Source of the DNA: Camelus ferus
Lineage: Eukaryota
Assembly: GCF_009834535.1 (NCBI RefSeq)
Contig: NC_045730.1
Location: 2,294,001 to 2,358,000 of the forward strand
DNA: 64,000 nt
Direction: 5' to 3'
Shown: positions 23,985 to 35,649 of the stretch, one piece after another
Position numbering within the stretch: position 1 is the first letter of the stretch
Layout: every line of letters starts with the position of its first letter
Program-made: the position numbers and the translations under genes
Notes under the pieces: model-generated
The model's database searches: none
What the model saw: the letters and a program-made list of their open reading frames with translations, nothing else
What the model was told of the DNA's origin: nothing

Positions 23985-25974
23985 ATTTAACATTTAAATT
24001 CCTACTTAATAGTACTTTCCTTCTTATAGCGGCAGAGAAAGTTACAGAATTATTAAAATCCAGAGTTCACGTGGACTTTGTCAGTCTTCAGCCCTTGACC
24101 CTTGTGTAATCCATCACGGTTCTTCTGGCCAGAGTTCTCCTCGTGACCACTATGATGAGAATTTTGTTGTGGGTTGTTTGTTTTTAAGACGAGGCCAGAG
24201 TTTCTTGAGCGTGCCCGAGTTCCATGATTCCCCTCCCTGAGCAAGTGTCAATTTTCAATTTCCATCTTAAGGTATTGAATTCAGCTGCGAATTCTAGCTT
24301 TACCCATTTGTTGGGTGACAACTTTTCTGCGCCTCTATGGGCATAAATGTAGAGAGAATGGTACCTGATTTTCAGACCATTGGGAGGATCCAAAGATGTC
24401 AGGTGCATAAAATTCCTATCTCAGTCTTACATCACACACAGGCTGCCTTATAAAGAAAAACCCTCATGCCTTTGGTTATAACGTCGGCCTGTTGACGAGA
24501 ACAGGCCAGCCTCTTCCGCGCACGCTCCGCCTCCCGGGGAAAGACGCTTCTATTGTGAGAAGCGTTCCCGAGGGTGTGCAGGTCTTCCACGCCCTCCGCA
24601 GCAGCTACCTCATTTCATCCGCCCGGAAGGAACGGCAGCCCTGGGGCAGGTGCTGCTGCCTCCCCTCTTCAGGTGAGGGTCCCGCAGTTGGTAGGAGGCC
24701 AGGGGCAGGATGAACACATGTGTTTTTAATCATTACCTTGGAGCCACTGCTGAGAGAATTTAGGTTTATTTTTACATAACTGAGCCTGTTTTTTTTTTTT
24801 GACTCCAATGTGTAGATCTCCTGGGATATGTTTAAATTCTACCTCCGCTACCTCATGTATCTAATCTCTCTGCTTCCCTTACATTATTAGCAAAGCTGAA
24901 CCCACATGTCATTCAACTTTCATAGTCATTGCTAATTAAAGGTGGGAAAAAACTGATAAAAATAACTACCCCTTTACTTCCCAGCCTTGACAGCCCAGGT
25001 GATTATGTAACAATAATTAAAAATAAAGATTCGCCAATATTCTCTATAATCTGCTCAATTCCACAAGACGGATGTGGAATTAAAAAAGTGAATGTAATGA
25101 AATCGTTACACATGAAACCGCAGACTCAGCCCCCACGTGCCCAGGACGCCCCGGGGGAGAGTAAAAGCCATTGTTCAGACTCCGGTGCACCGGCTGCAGA
25201 TCAAGGGGGAGCGCAGAGAGTACCCGAGGGGCCTTTTCGACGATGGCTGTGGGGGCGTGTGAGACCGGGCAGGGCTCGTTCTAGACCCGGGGCTCCCGAG
25301 ACAGCCTGCCCTGAGGTCAGAGCCCTGCTCGCGAGCCACCACGTGCGTGCGTGTGTGCGGGTGTGCGGACTGGGTCTACAGGGCCGTGGGTATTGGGTAC
25401 ATCTGTGTAAACTCCCCCGAAGGTGCTTTTCATGTTTTGTCGACTAGCTTATTGCCTAGGGCCTTCACTGACAAATACTTCTTCCTGTATTAAAAGCCAC
25501 ACGTTCCTAAACTAAGTTTAGGAACATTTCTAGATTCTATCCTTAGAGCCTGCTCCACACCTGTCATCTTGAGAGAAGCAGGAATAAAATAACAACGGAG
25601 GAAGGAACGTTCTTGGTTCGGACGTTTCAGAAGCAAACGCACAGTCCCCGCCATGGGCGAGAGCCGTCAGTGTGTGCCGGAGCCCCAGGAACTGCACCGT
25701 GTCCTCGGGTCAGTACGGCACAGGCCTTCTGAGGAGATGACCCGGGGATGTGAGGAAAGGACACGGTGACTGCCACCATCTCCCTCAGGCATGCCTGTCA
25801 TCAGGGGCCTCCGTGAATGCATCGCTGTTTCAATAACACAATAGATATTTTAGGGATGAAAGTAAACAGAGATACGTTGTTTAGTCATCTTTTCTTATGG
25901 GTGAGAAAGTCGAGGAAATCTCGGGACCAATTAAGTTCATTTTATCCTGCAGCCAAAGTCATGAATGAAAGCTG

Positions 25975-26100
25975 GACACACACTCACAAATACACGCACA
26001 GACACACCCACAGACACACCCGTCACAGACACACACTCGCAGACACATCCACAGACACATACTCACAAACACACACAAACGCTCACTAACACACACTCAT
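25975..26100. repeat. CA-rich low-complexity/degenerate tandem repeat
   Basis: cacagacacac-like units repeated imperfectly. Confidence 0.75.
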
Positions 26101-27919
26101 TGCTCAAATTAATCCCAATGTAAAGAAGGTTGGAAATAAGCCCTCTAGCGCAGCCGCACCAGATGAGAGAGAAACCGAGACCATTAGGGGAATAAATGCG
26201 GTGTCACGAGGCCGTGGGCAGCAGCGGCTCCTCCGTCCAGTCACACTGACAGTTCTTTGTGATAATAATTCCCCACACTGACTCGGTGACAGAGAAAAAC
26301 ACCAGCAAAGCGGAACAGAGATCTTCTCAGTGCCCCGCAAATGACAGGTTTTGAAGGCGATCACTGGAGTAGAGTGTGTCCCAGGTCTTCAGGGAAAGGC
26401 TGTGAATAATGGGCGCGACGCTGCTTTGAAGGTTAAAGACAAGTGCGGTGCAGGCAGTAGAAGGTGGTGCTGCAGATGCGTTCTCCAGTGGGGCCCCCGG
26501 CGAGGTAAGTAGGAGCCCTTCCCTCCCAGGAGTGACAGTCACGTAAAACAGAGCGCGGATCGCGAATAATGTGAACGCTTATCTGACGGACTTATTTAAC
26601 TCGTAAAAGGCAGGTGTCATGAGACATGCAGCCCAATCTCGGAGGCTCTAGAATCCCCAGTAGCACTTCTGTGATCTGGAACTTCCCCTCAGGGTCTCAG
26701 AAAATAGTAGCTCTAAAAAGAAAGCAAGCAAGGAGACCAGAAGCTCCAACAGATCAATAAAGCAGTGGAAGTCCGGGGGGAGGGTGGTGACGGGAGAGTC
26801 AGGGCAAAGCAATGTGGACACAAACACCAAGAAGTCGTCACCATTTGTACGTTAGAATTAGCCACGGCGACGGGGGTCAGACTTCAGGACTCCGTAAAGT
26901 CCTCATGTTTTCTCTTCCTACAGTGATGTTTCTTTTTCTCTCTTTCTTTCCTTCATTCCCCCCCACCCCTGACCCTCCTTCCCTCCATTCTTTCTGTGTT
27001 GACAGGAGGGCTGGGGGTGTGTCCACCTGGCACCACATCCAAGGGTTGGACTGTGTTATGTTTGGGGGATGCTTAAAATCTTGGGATGCACTAGAGAACC
27101 TATTTTGTTTTCAGGAAGCAATAATGAAAACTGGCTCCCAGAGGCAGTCTTTCCTGAAACAGGTGGCCCCGGCTTATGCCCCTCGTGCACTTGGCTTTGC
27201 TTTAAGAAATGACACATGGAACCAAGAATGGCGAGCATCTGATGGAGGAAGACGAAGGTGCTTGGTGGTGCAAACGCTGGTGGGCCTCCCCCCAGTGCCG
27301 GTTTCCCCCGCTGGTCCTGTCTCCACTGTGCAGAGCCAGAAGCTGCTGCGCAAAGCGCACTTTTGGCCACATGAGTGGTGCTGGGGGATCTGGTGTGATC
27401 CTTCCACGTTCTGTCCCCAGTGGGGCATCGCCAGAGCCACATCATTGGCGTGTTCCCAGTTCAGGTCACATCAGGAGGGGCTGTTTGAAGGGGCTGCTTT
27501 CTGGGGCCCCTGGCTCTCCCATCCTGCCTCCCTGGAAGCTGTTTCTCAGCCACCAGAGCTGAATTGAGAATGACACGTGGGTTTAGCAAATGCTGAACCT
27601 TTGACAAAACCTTTCTTATAGGTGGAGAAGTGAACCAGAGAAGGGACGGGGAAATGGTGTCAGGAGAGAATGGGCAGGTTTGGAACAGGTTTCTGAGTCA
27701 GTGCAGGAGGACGATGCGGAGAAACCACAACACAGCATGTGGCTGGCCCAGTGATTCTGTTTGCAATGGTTTTGAAGAGAGGAAGCTGCTACTGAGCGAG
27801 CAGGCCCCTGTTGAAACCAGCAACGGAACCCTCAGAAATGGGGTTTTCATCACTCAGAAAAAAGCACTCAAATTTTGTAGGTGTTTTGACAGAGGTGGGT
27901 CTGTGCTGACCACTCACAG

Positions 27920-28018
27920 ATCCGGGTGGCAGAGAAAGTCACGCTGGACGTTAACGCCAGCAGCTTCTCAAACGAGATGCGGTGTGACGTGGACAAGCAA
28001 TTCACTAGTGCACTTTAA
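27920..28018 (+). CDS. candidate orphan terminal coding exon (IRVAEKVTLDVNASSFSNEMRCDVDKQFTSAL*), unidentified
   Basis: ctgac...cacag| acceptor, 32 open codons with GC3 22/32 and purine-first 23/32, TAA, then ATTAAA at 28037-28042 and a GU-rich stretch. No homolog recognised; polypyrimidine tract weak. Confidence 0.28.
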   Translation: MRVAEKVTLDVNASSFSNEMRCDVDKQFTSAL

Positions 28019-28242
28019 CTGATCTGTCTTTTCCATATTAAATGAGTACAGGTCTTGTGGTTTTGTGTTCCTGGTGTCCAGCCGAAAGTGAGCACACAGA
28101 TATCAGTTAAAGGACTAAATGTTCTAATTTATTACAATTATTGCTCCCAAAAACTGCTTGTGTCAGTCACTGGCTTCCGTAGGCACACGTCTCTTCTTTT
28201 GGAGTTTTGTTTCTTTTTTAAAAAAATTGTTCTTAACTGATT

Positions 28243-28486
28243 TTTTTTGTAGGTTTTTTTTTTTTTAACATTTTTTATTGATTTATAATCATTTTACAAT
28301 GTTGTGTCAAATTCCAGTGTAGAGCACAATTTTTCAGTTACACATGAACATGCATATATTCATTGTCACATTTTTTTCTCTGTGAGCTACCATAAGATCT
28401 TGTATATATTTCCCTGTGCTGTACAGTATAATCTTGTTTATCTATTCTACAATTTTGAAATACCAGTCTATCTCTTCCCACCTCCT
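28243..28486 (-). mobile_element. camelid-type L1 3' end
   Basis: Nearly the same text as the 849-1300 copy (ttttttattgatttataatcattttacaatgttgtgtcaaattccagtgtagagcac...); no TSD found. Confidence 0.92.
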
Positions 28487-30799
28487 TGTTGAAGCCACAA
28501 AGGAATACAGAAGTGTTAGAACAAATCTACATGTGCACAAGAAATCTTAAGTCTCTTCAGAAGTATTTGGAGAGCGCATCTCAGGCTGGAGCTTTGTTTC
28601 TTAATTCAGAAAAATAGAGTTTCTGTGATGTTTCAACACCTCCAAGGGCAGGAGATCAAAACAGGATTCAATTAAGACTGACATGGTCGAGATTTCTGGT
28701 ATCACTGACAGCCTTCCCACAACAATGGCATGAGATGTAGGGGTCGGGCATAATAATGCCCAGGGGCCGGGGAAGGTGGAAAGAGATTTTGTGGTTTCCT
28801 AAAGTCATGTGACTTATTTGTGGCAAAAGAATGGACCACCATGATCTGTACCATTGGGTCACTGGCCTTGGGCGGCTGTACTGTAAACAGCCCTGGTGTG
28901 TCTGCCCAGTGGACGTCCGTGGCTCAGGCAGGAAGGTCAGATGCTACTTCTCAGCCACTGCTGTGTTCTCAGAGAAAAACCCAGCACAGACCACATTCCC
29001 AAGGGCTCAAATTTCCCCAGGAGCACGGAATCATCCTGCCTGTTCCAAATCCTTACCCTTAAAAATCAAAATTCTATATTCAGAGCTGCCTGAAGGCTTT
29101 GGTTGAATGCTCATGATCAGATTTTAGTCCCTAAACTCATCTCCTGTGTGCCACACGTATGAAGGGGGTCTGCCGCTCCAAGGGCTGGAGGGCCCCGGCT
29201 CTGTGCTCAGAGGCTGTCACTTCTGTCCACCTGGGCGACGCGTGCATTTCCCCTCACCCCCCAGTGGCAGAAGCCATGACTCATCTCAGTTCTGAACACT
29301 GAGCGTTCTGGTCTCAGATGAAGGGCGTGATGCTTTTCCTGTCAGTCTCACAGACAGGGTGGAATTTACATTTTCATGGCATGCAGTACTTTCACAAAAT
29401 TAATTTTTTATGAAAAAAAGAAAAAAGCCCACGTTTGCTCTTTTAACAGCGTGGGATTTGATCCTGGTGCCTTTGTCGCTGTGTTCAGACATGGTGCCTT
29501 GCATCAAGTCAGCCGCGTGTGGACTTCTGTCCTCTGAGCTGTCATGCAGGCGTTCTAAATGCTGCACGCGTGCACACACGCACACACACACGTGCGAGGC
29601 CTTCTGTTAACTGGATCGAATGTAGTCTGTACTGAGGAAGCAGGAAGTGTGTGTGCACAGCCAGGGAGGACAGAAGGAGTAAACCCAGGCACGGCGGTCG
29701 GACCTCTGAGAAGGGCGTATTCAAGAGTCTGAGTCAGTGAAGTTACTCAGGACGGGCTGCGTGGACAAGGGCATCTCAGGCTGGTTTTGCAGACACCACG
29801 GCTTTAAGGCAGATGACGGAGAAGGCTCCTCAAGGAACATAGCCCTGCCCCCTTGTAGGAGGCGATGAGTTCAAGTGAATGAGTCTAGATGACTCTCAGT
29901 GAACCGTCGGGGACGCAGAGGGAAGAGTCCCACACTTGGGATCAAAGGAGACAGGTCTCTGACGGGCAGAGATCTGGGGCTCCGTGATGTTGCTGAGAAG
30001 CAGCCTGCGGTATTTCATCCGGGTGTGGCTGTTCACTTATTTTTAAAACTCTAGACTATCAGTCTTGTTCGGCAGCCTGGAAATCACAGCTCTTGAACAG
30101 TACTTAGTTATGAGGTTGGGACGAAACCTTGACTTTGAGGGAATTTGATGGTGCAGAAGTCCAAAGCCATCTTGACAGAGAGTCTTCATGGCGATACTGG
30201 ACCTTGGCTGTGTCTCCACGGCTCAGACACTAGGAGGGAAGAAATTATCCATGAGATCCTTTGATGGGCGGGGCCTAACCTCGGGGAGCATGTGCCTGGC
30301 GACTGAGCTGTGGGGGAGGCGAAGAAATGGTGTCCCGGGGCCCCTGGCGGGGAGGGTGGGTGCCTGCCACGGTCAACCTCCCTGCGGGCTGGCTGCCACC
30401 TGCAGGCACCTCTGACAGCTCGCACCCGCCACGCCAAGGCTCAGTCAACGCTCACACAGCAGGCTGGCTAACGGCAGGGACGGGGACCATGCGGCTTTGT
30501 GGTATTTCGAAAATTAGTCACACGTCTCTTGACTGCAGTGATGTTTTCTGTCATAATCTCGAGACACGAATGAAGAGGAGCAGTAATAAACAGAGTCACA
30601 AGGCAGTCATGCTTACTTGGTCCTGGCCCAAGAGTAGTTGGAAGGAGATCTCGAGATAAACTGGCGAACAATCTTCCCTTTTTGTGTACAGGGCTCTTCA
30701 TTTTATTGAAATACGGATCAAACACGATTTCAGAAGAGTGAAGCCGGGTTAGAATGCCAGCCGCGGGGTGACGTGCAAAGTGGGGTCACAAAGCGTTCT

Positions 30800-30895
30800 T
30801 TTTTAAAAAAAAATTTCTTTAAAGTGAGGTCCTGGGGACTGAAGCTGCGATCTTGTGCGTGCTAAGCACATGCTCCACCCCTGAGCTGTCCCCCC
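30800..30895 (-). mobile_element. camelid tRNA-derived SINE (Vic-1 type), diverged
   Basis: Plus strand gaggtcctggggactgaagctgcgatcttgtgcgtgctaagcacatgctccacccctgagctgtccccc; flanks share acaaagc. Confidence 0.8.
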
Positions 30896-31048
30896 ACCTG
30901 ACAAAGCAATTTTTAAATCTGCTATTTCTTTTTTATTCCCCAACAGCTGCTTCAGAGATAGAAATCAAAGAAAGTTTTCATTTATTTTTAGGATACAAAG
31001 CATTTTTTTACATTTTATGTGTATTTCTTGGAAAAAATGTGTATAGAC

Positions 31049-31271
31049 CAGTAGTTCTCAATCAGAGGCGCTAACCCCTCCCCCCACCTTGAGATACTGG
31101 CAATGTTTAGGGACGTTTTGGTTGTCGAAACCGAGGGGGGAGGTGTGCATACGGGCAAACAGATGGCCAGGGGTGCTACAAACGTAGCCCTGCAACGTTC
31201 AGGATGGACCCCACAACAGAGACCCATCAGGCCCCAAATGATGTCAGAGATGCTGAGGTTGAAAATCCCTG
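31049..31271 (+). mobile_element. MER20 (hAT-Charlie) non-autonomous DNA transposon
   Basis: Termini cagtagttctcaa ... ttgaaaatccctg; internal ggcaatgtttagggacgttttggttgtc and ggccccaaatg...gctgaggttg landmarks. Confidence 0.85.
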
Positions 31272-31354
31272 AGAGGTGATGTGTGTGTGTATACATATAC
31301 ATAATATACACCCACAAATACAGATACATATGTATCTATGAATAGATACACATT

Positions 31355-31359
31355 GATAC

Positions 31360-31404
<45 letters not shown>

Positions 31405-31408
31405 CATA
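31355..31408. repeat. (AT)n/(ATAC) simple repeat
   Basis: Long imperfect TA run. Confidence 0.9.
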
Positions 31409-31574
31409 TAAGGGGGAGGGAAGAGACCTGGGAGCTCCATTCAGTTGTCTACAGATCCACAAGCAAATGCTTAATTTTATTTCCTGGGTAACCAGCAGGT
31501 CCTGATGTTCCAAAACGACAGGCGTTAAGAATAGAAGAAATATAAGATTTTTTTTAGTTTAATGAAGACTCATC

Positions 31575-31830
31575 AAAGGGGGTGGACAGGGATGAATTGG
31601 GAGTTTGGGATTTGCAGACACAAACTACTGTACATAAAATAGATCAACAACAAGGACCTACTGCAGAGCACAGGGGACTGAATGCAATAGCTTGTAACAG
31701 TCTACCACGGACAAGAGTCTGAAAAGGAGTGTGTATTTTTGTGTGTGTAACTGAATCACTATGCTGTGCACCAGAAATTAGTACAACATGCAGACTGACT
31801 ATACTTCAATAAAAAATATAAAAAATAAAA
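31575..31830 (+). mobile_element. L1 3' end
   Basis: gggatgaattgggagtttgggatttgcagacacaaactactgtacataaaatagatcaacaacaaggacc...gactgactatacttcaataaaaaa. Confidence 0.87.
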
Positions 31831-33984
31831 ATTTTTAAAAGTAAAAATAATAAAAGCAGGTAGTGAAGACCTTTTATTATTAAAAAATGTATCTTCCCCA
31901 AAGCCTCAACTGAATTCATTTCTCGGGCTGGGGAGATTTCTTTCTTTCTCAGAGTTAAGTTTTTCAGATGGACTTCTGTGTCACCTTGATATTCCAAAAT
32001 TAGCACGATCAAATCAAAGCATAAAAGTACACAGATGCCAAGTGAATGGTACATACCGTCCCCAACAAACCAAATAAAGTGCCTCCGTTATTCAAGTAAG
32101 CAAAAGGGACTCTTAAATTCCTATATGTTCCATTCAAAAGGGAGAGCGTCAGAACACCCGTTTTTTTACGAACTTTAGTCGACTTGACTCGAATAGACAT
32201 TTTTCTCCCGCAGGAGGACTTGGGCAACCGATGAGTCAGCATTTCATGCAATTCATTAAACGCCATTTAGCGGAATAACACTGTCTGGCAATCACTGTGC
32301 TAAACCGAACTGGACACCGTCTGTTCAGGAGAGGGAGTCAGCCATCCAGTATCAGCCTCCGATCACCTGCTTCCTAATTGCACCGTAATTAGATCAGGGG
32401 TAATTACCTTGATTGCCATTCTTATTGCTCAGAATACTTTAGACCCTTAGAGTCATCATGCTAATCAGGGAATTGAGAGCTCACTTTTATCTTCCCAATT
32501 CTGAGGGGGCGAGAGGAACCGGAGATTTTAAGTGACCGGTCCAAGATGTCCAAGATGAGATCGCACAGCCAGCTAGTCGCACTAAATAAATTAATTGCAC
32601 GATTCAATAATTACTATGCTTTAATCGGTACCAGTCTTGTGAGTTTGGACTATCCACATGTGCCTATGTTTTGAGGAAGAATGCTGCATTTTTGGTTTCT
32701 CTGACATGCTGTGTTTTGCTGCATCTTCTAACATCCTCCTGAAATTGTCCCTTGTGCACTTTTTCGTGGCCTGACCTCTGCTCCACCCGCCTGACTTGCT
32801 TGTGTAGAACAGCGTCTCCCTCCGTTGCATCGTTCACTCCCTGAAGCCCCTGCCTTATTGCTAATGGGGTGTCCAGACATAGGAGCTGATGGATACTGAA
32901 CGCCCGTGTTTCTGAGACTGGCTGCGTCCAGAACTCTGTCGGGCACTCTGCCCGTTGGCAGGGCTTGTCCCTGACCCAGCACCGGTGCTGATGCCCTGTC
33001 CTGTAAGCGTGGCCCCTCCCAGGCGCACACAGATGAATTTACAGCCTGCGGGCACATCTGCTCTGGGTCAGAGTCCATGGTCAGAGGTGGTGGCTCGGTC
33101 ACTCCCCGGAGTTGTTCTGCTCGTATCAGGAAGGTGTGGGGGCCCCTTCCACATGGCCCCTGCTCTATCGAAGGCTAAAGATTGCCCGGCCAAGGTACAG
33201 GGTATCCTTCTGCTTCAGAAAAGGAGCCTGAAATTGTCAAAACAGCCCCTCTGCCCCAACAGGGGGCTGGATTGGAATGGCAGGAATCCTCAGGAGTGAC
33301 TCTGCAAAGACACCAAGATAAACCCGATGAGGGAAGTGCAGGACTCAGGAATCAGGGGAAGCAGCTGGTGACTCAGACGCGGGAGAGACACACAGTGATC
33401 AGACCACGAAGTGAGAGGTCCCCCTGGCACTGGCAGCCTGGGACCCCCGCTCTGGGGTCTCAGGGTCTCTGGGTACTGGAGAGCCCGAAAGGAAATTGCA
33501 CGTCCAGCAGGGACCCTGCGTTCCTGGGGGGCTCAGCGTCTTCCTGCTTTGGGTCTGAGGCTTTCAAAGGCAGCCCCCAAGCATCTTCTTAGTCAGGGCC
33601 TCCCACAGGGCTGAGAAATGCAGTAATTTTTGCAAAGATGTCAGTCACTTAGATGGAATTTTACAGCCTGTTAGCAAGGTTTACGCGGCGAGGGAAAGTC
33701 TTGTGGTTGTTTTCAGAGCTGCCTTCCTCCAGGCTCTGCTCCCTTGCCACAGAGCTGGCCTCCGCCTCTCTCCTTGGCCCACTCCGCTTCTCAGCAGAAG
33801 TGTTTGGAGAAGCATTTTTTCCCCCACGATTGGTTTTATTCCTCAAATAAGTTCAGTTCCAAGGGTAAGATGTTTTGGACACAGCTGCTGGAAGAAAAAG
33901 ACATGTGAGTTACACGCTTAGATGCTTTAGGTAAGATTCTCTGCCCCTGTTAGCAGAGAGGAAGCTAACCTGAATGCTTTATTT

Positions 33985-34069
33985 TATGGTTTTAATGCAG
34001 GGACTGGGGATGAAGCCCAGGACCTCCTGCACGCTAAGCATGCTCTCCACCACTGAGCTGTGCCTCCCC
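33985..34069 (-). mobile_element. camelid tRNA-derived SINE (Vic-1 type)
   Basis: Plus strand tgcagggactggggatgaagcccaggacctcctgcacgctaagcatgctctccaccactgagctgtgcctcccc; near-TSD ctgaatgctttatttta / ctgagtgttctatttta. Confidence 0.87.
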
Positions 34070-35120
34070 GACTGAGTGTTCTATTTTAGGTGAAGCCCTT
34101 TTGCAGGGCAAGGTGCTGAGTTGGGGAGCGGCGGTACCACCCCAGAGGTGTCATCCTGGGAGAGGGCCGGGGGCCCCTGCGCCGGGTGGTCTCAGCCGGG
34201 CAGTGAGGACCGGCGGGTGTGAAGGCACCTGCTCGGGGCACACGGGGCGCCAGGCCTTCCCGCTGAGCCAGCGCTCACGCTCGTCAGGTCAGCCTCCTAT
34301 TTCACATCCAGTTAGCTTTACTGAGACGTTAGCGTCCACCTTAGCAGCAGGCAGACACAATTTGGTACGGCTTAAACTTTGACTACTGAAAACATTAATT
34401 TTTTGAGTGTTGAGCTTTTCATGGTTCTTGGGACTCGATTCACGGAGGGGGCGGCCGGCTGCATAGTCTTTCCGGATTGGCTGGCTGGAAGGTGCCCGTA
34501 GGCACAATATCTATGCATCGAAGTAGAAAATTGCAACTGGAAAACCTTCAATTATGCTGATACTGGGGGCTAAAAATAGATACCTCCATGTGAACTTAGG
34601 GCTTATTACTGAAGAATTGCTCTTTTTTACAGAGAAGTATAGTTTTCTTTTTGTTCTTTTTTATATTTTAGTTAAAAATACCCAAGTCATCTTCCACTGT
34701 ATCACTTTGTAGAAGCAAATTGTGCACAGACCATAAATAACTTCAGATTAACTCTTTTTCACTTAAAAAATTAGCATCTGAGTCTGCACCCTGCACAGAG
34801 AAAAGTCTCCCCCAAGTGCCTCATCAGCCGTGCAGATTAACGCTCAGCCCTGCTGAGTTTTCCACGTGGAGGACTCACGAGTTGACCTACGTTTTCTCCC
34901 TGGGTATTTACTGAAACTGCACCATGTGCTTGGCTGAATTGACAGGGAACTGAACATGGGTCTTTGAAGGCTTATTCACAACATGATTTCGTCATCAAAG
35001 GAGAGGGTTTTCCCAGGAAAGTGCCCCTTATCCCCTGAGCCCTGAAGTCGCCGCCATTAAGAAACAGGAACTTGCCAGGGAGAAGTAATCTTCTGGAGTT
35101 TTCGCTCAGGGCCGTATGTT

Positions 35121-35649
35121 TGAAAGGTGAGCTTGCAGAAGGGAAAATCTTCCTTCTATGCCCGTGGGGTCTGTGGCTGGACTAAGGATGCCAATGACAT
35201 GAGACAGATCAATGGGAGGGAAGTACACAGATTGCATTGAATCTTTTTATGTGCACAGAGGAGTCTTCAGGAGGAAAATGAAACTCTGAAGAAGCCGTGA
35301 GGCCCCAAAGCTCATACAATTTTTACACAAAGAATGAAAAGTTGTGGGGACGTGACCAGGCTTGGGTGAGTGGCAGTCAGTCACGGGGCAGGGATGAGGA
35401 CATGATGGGGTGACTAGTAGAAGATTAGGGTCACTTTCATAGGCTGCTTGTACAGGTCCGTTCTGTAGAATGTTCTGCTCTTCCTGGTCCATGGAGGGCA
35501 ACTTCCTCGTGGGAAATTTGATGACCCGCTTTGGGTGGGAAGAGAGAGGTCAATGAGCCTTTCCTGCATCTGCTGATTCTCCAGGGCCTTCATCTCAAAA
35601 TAATCAACATGCCAAAGAGGTACACGGTGGCGTGTCCTGAAACCCTTCA
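35121..35649 (-). mobile_element. ERV1 MER4-group LTR (MER34/MER39-like)
   Basis: Minus strand starts tgaagggtttcaggacacgcc...ctttggcatgttgattattttgagatgaaggc...cagcagatgcaggaaagg and ends ...caagctcacctttca (TG...CA). Confidence 0.78.

Noticed and set aside
24030-24110. Frame AEKVTELLKSRVHVDFVSLQPLTLV* sharing AEKVT with the 27920 candidate
   Set aside because: Similarity is limited to about 14 nt with no extension, and no poly(A) signal supports it; treated as coincidence.
26812-27567. Longest ORF (251 aa)
   Set aside because: Low-complexity, Trp/Cys/Pro/Ser-rich translation with no domain, overlapping ORFs on both strands and no exon signals; typical of chance frames in GC-rich DNA.
10895-34069. 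tRNA-like sequences at 10.9, 21.2, 30.8 and 34.0 kb as tRNA genes; all four on the minus strand
   Set aside because: They have A-rich tails, near-TSDs and degenerate stems, so they are SINEs. Four of four on one strand has a 1-in-8 chance and L1 orientation is mixed, so no strand bias is inferred.
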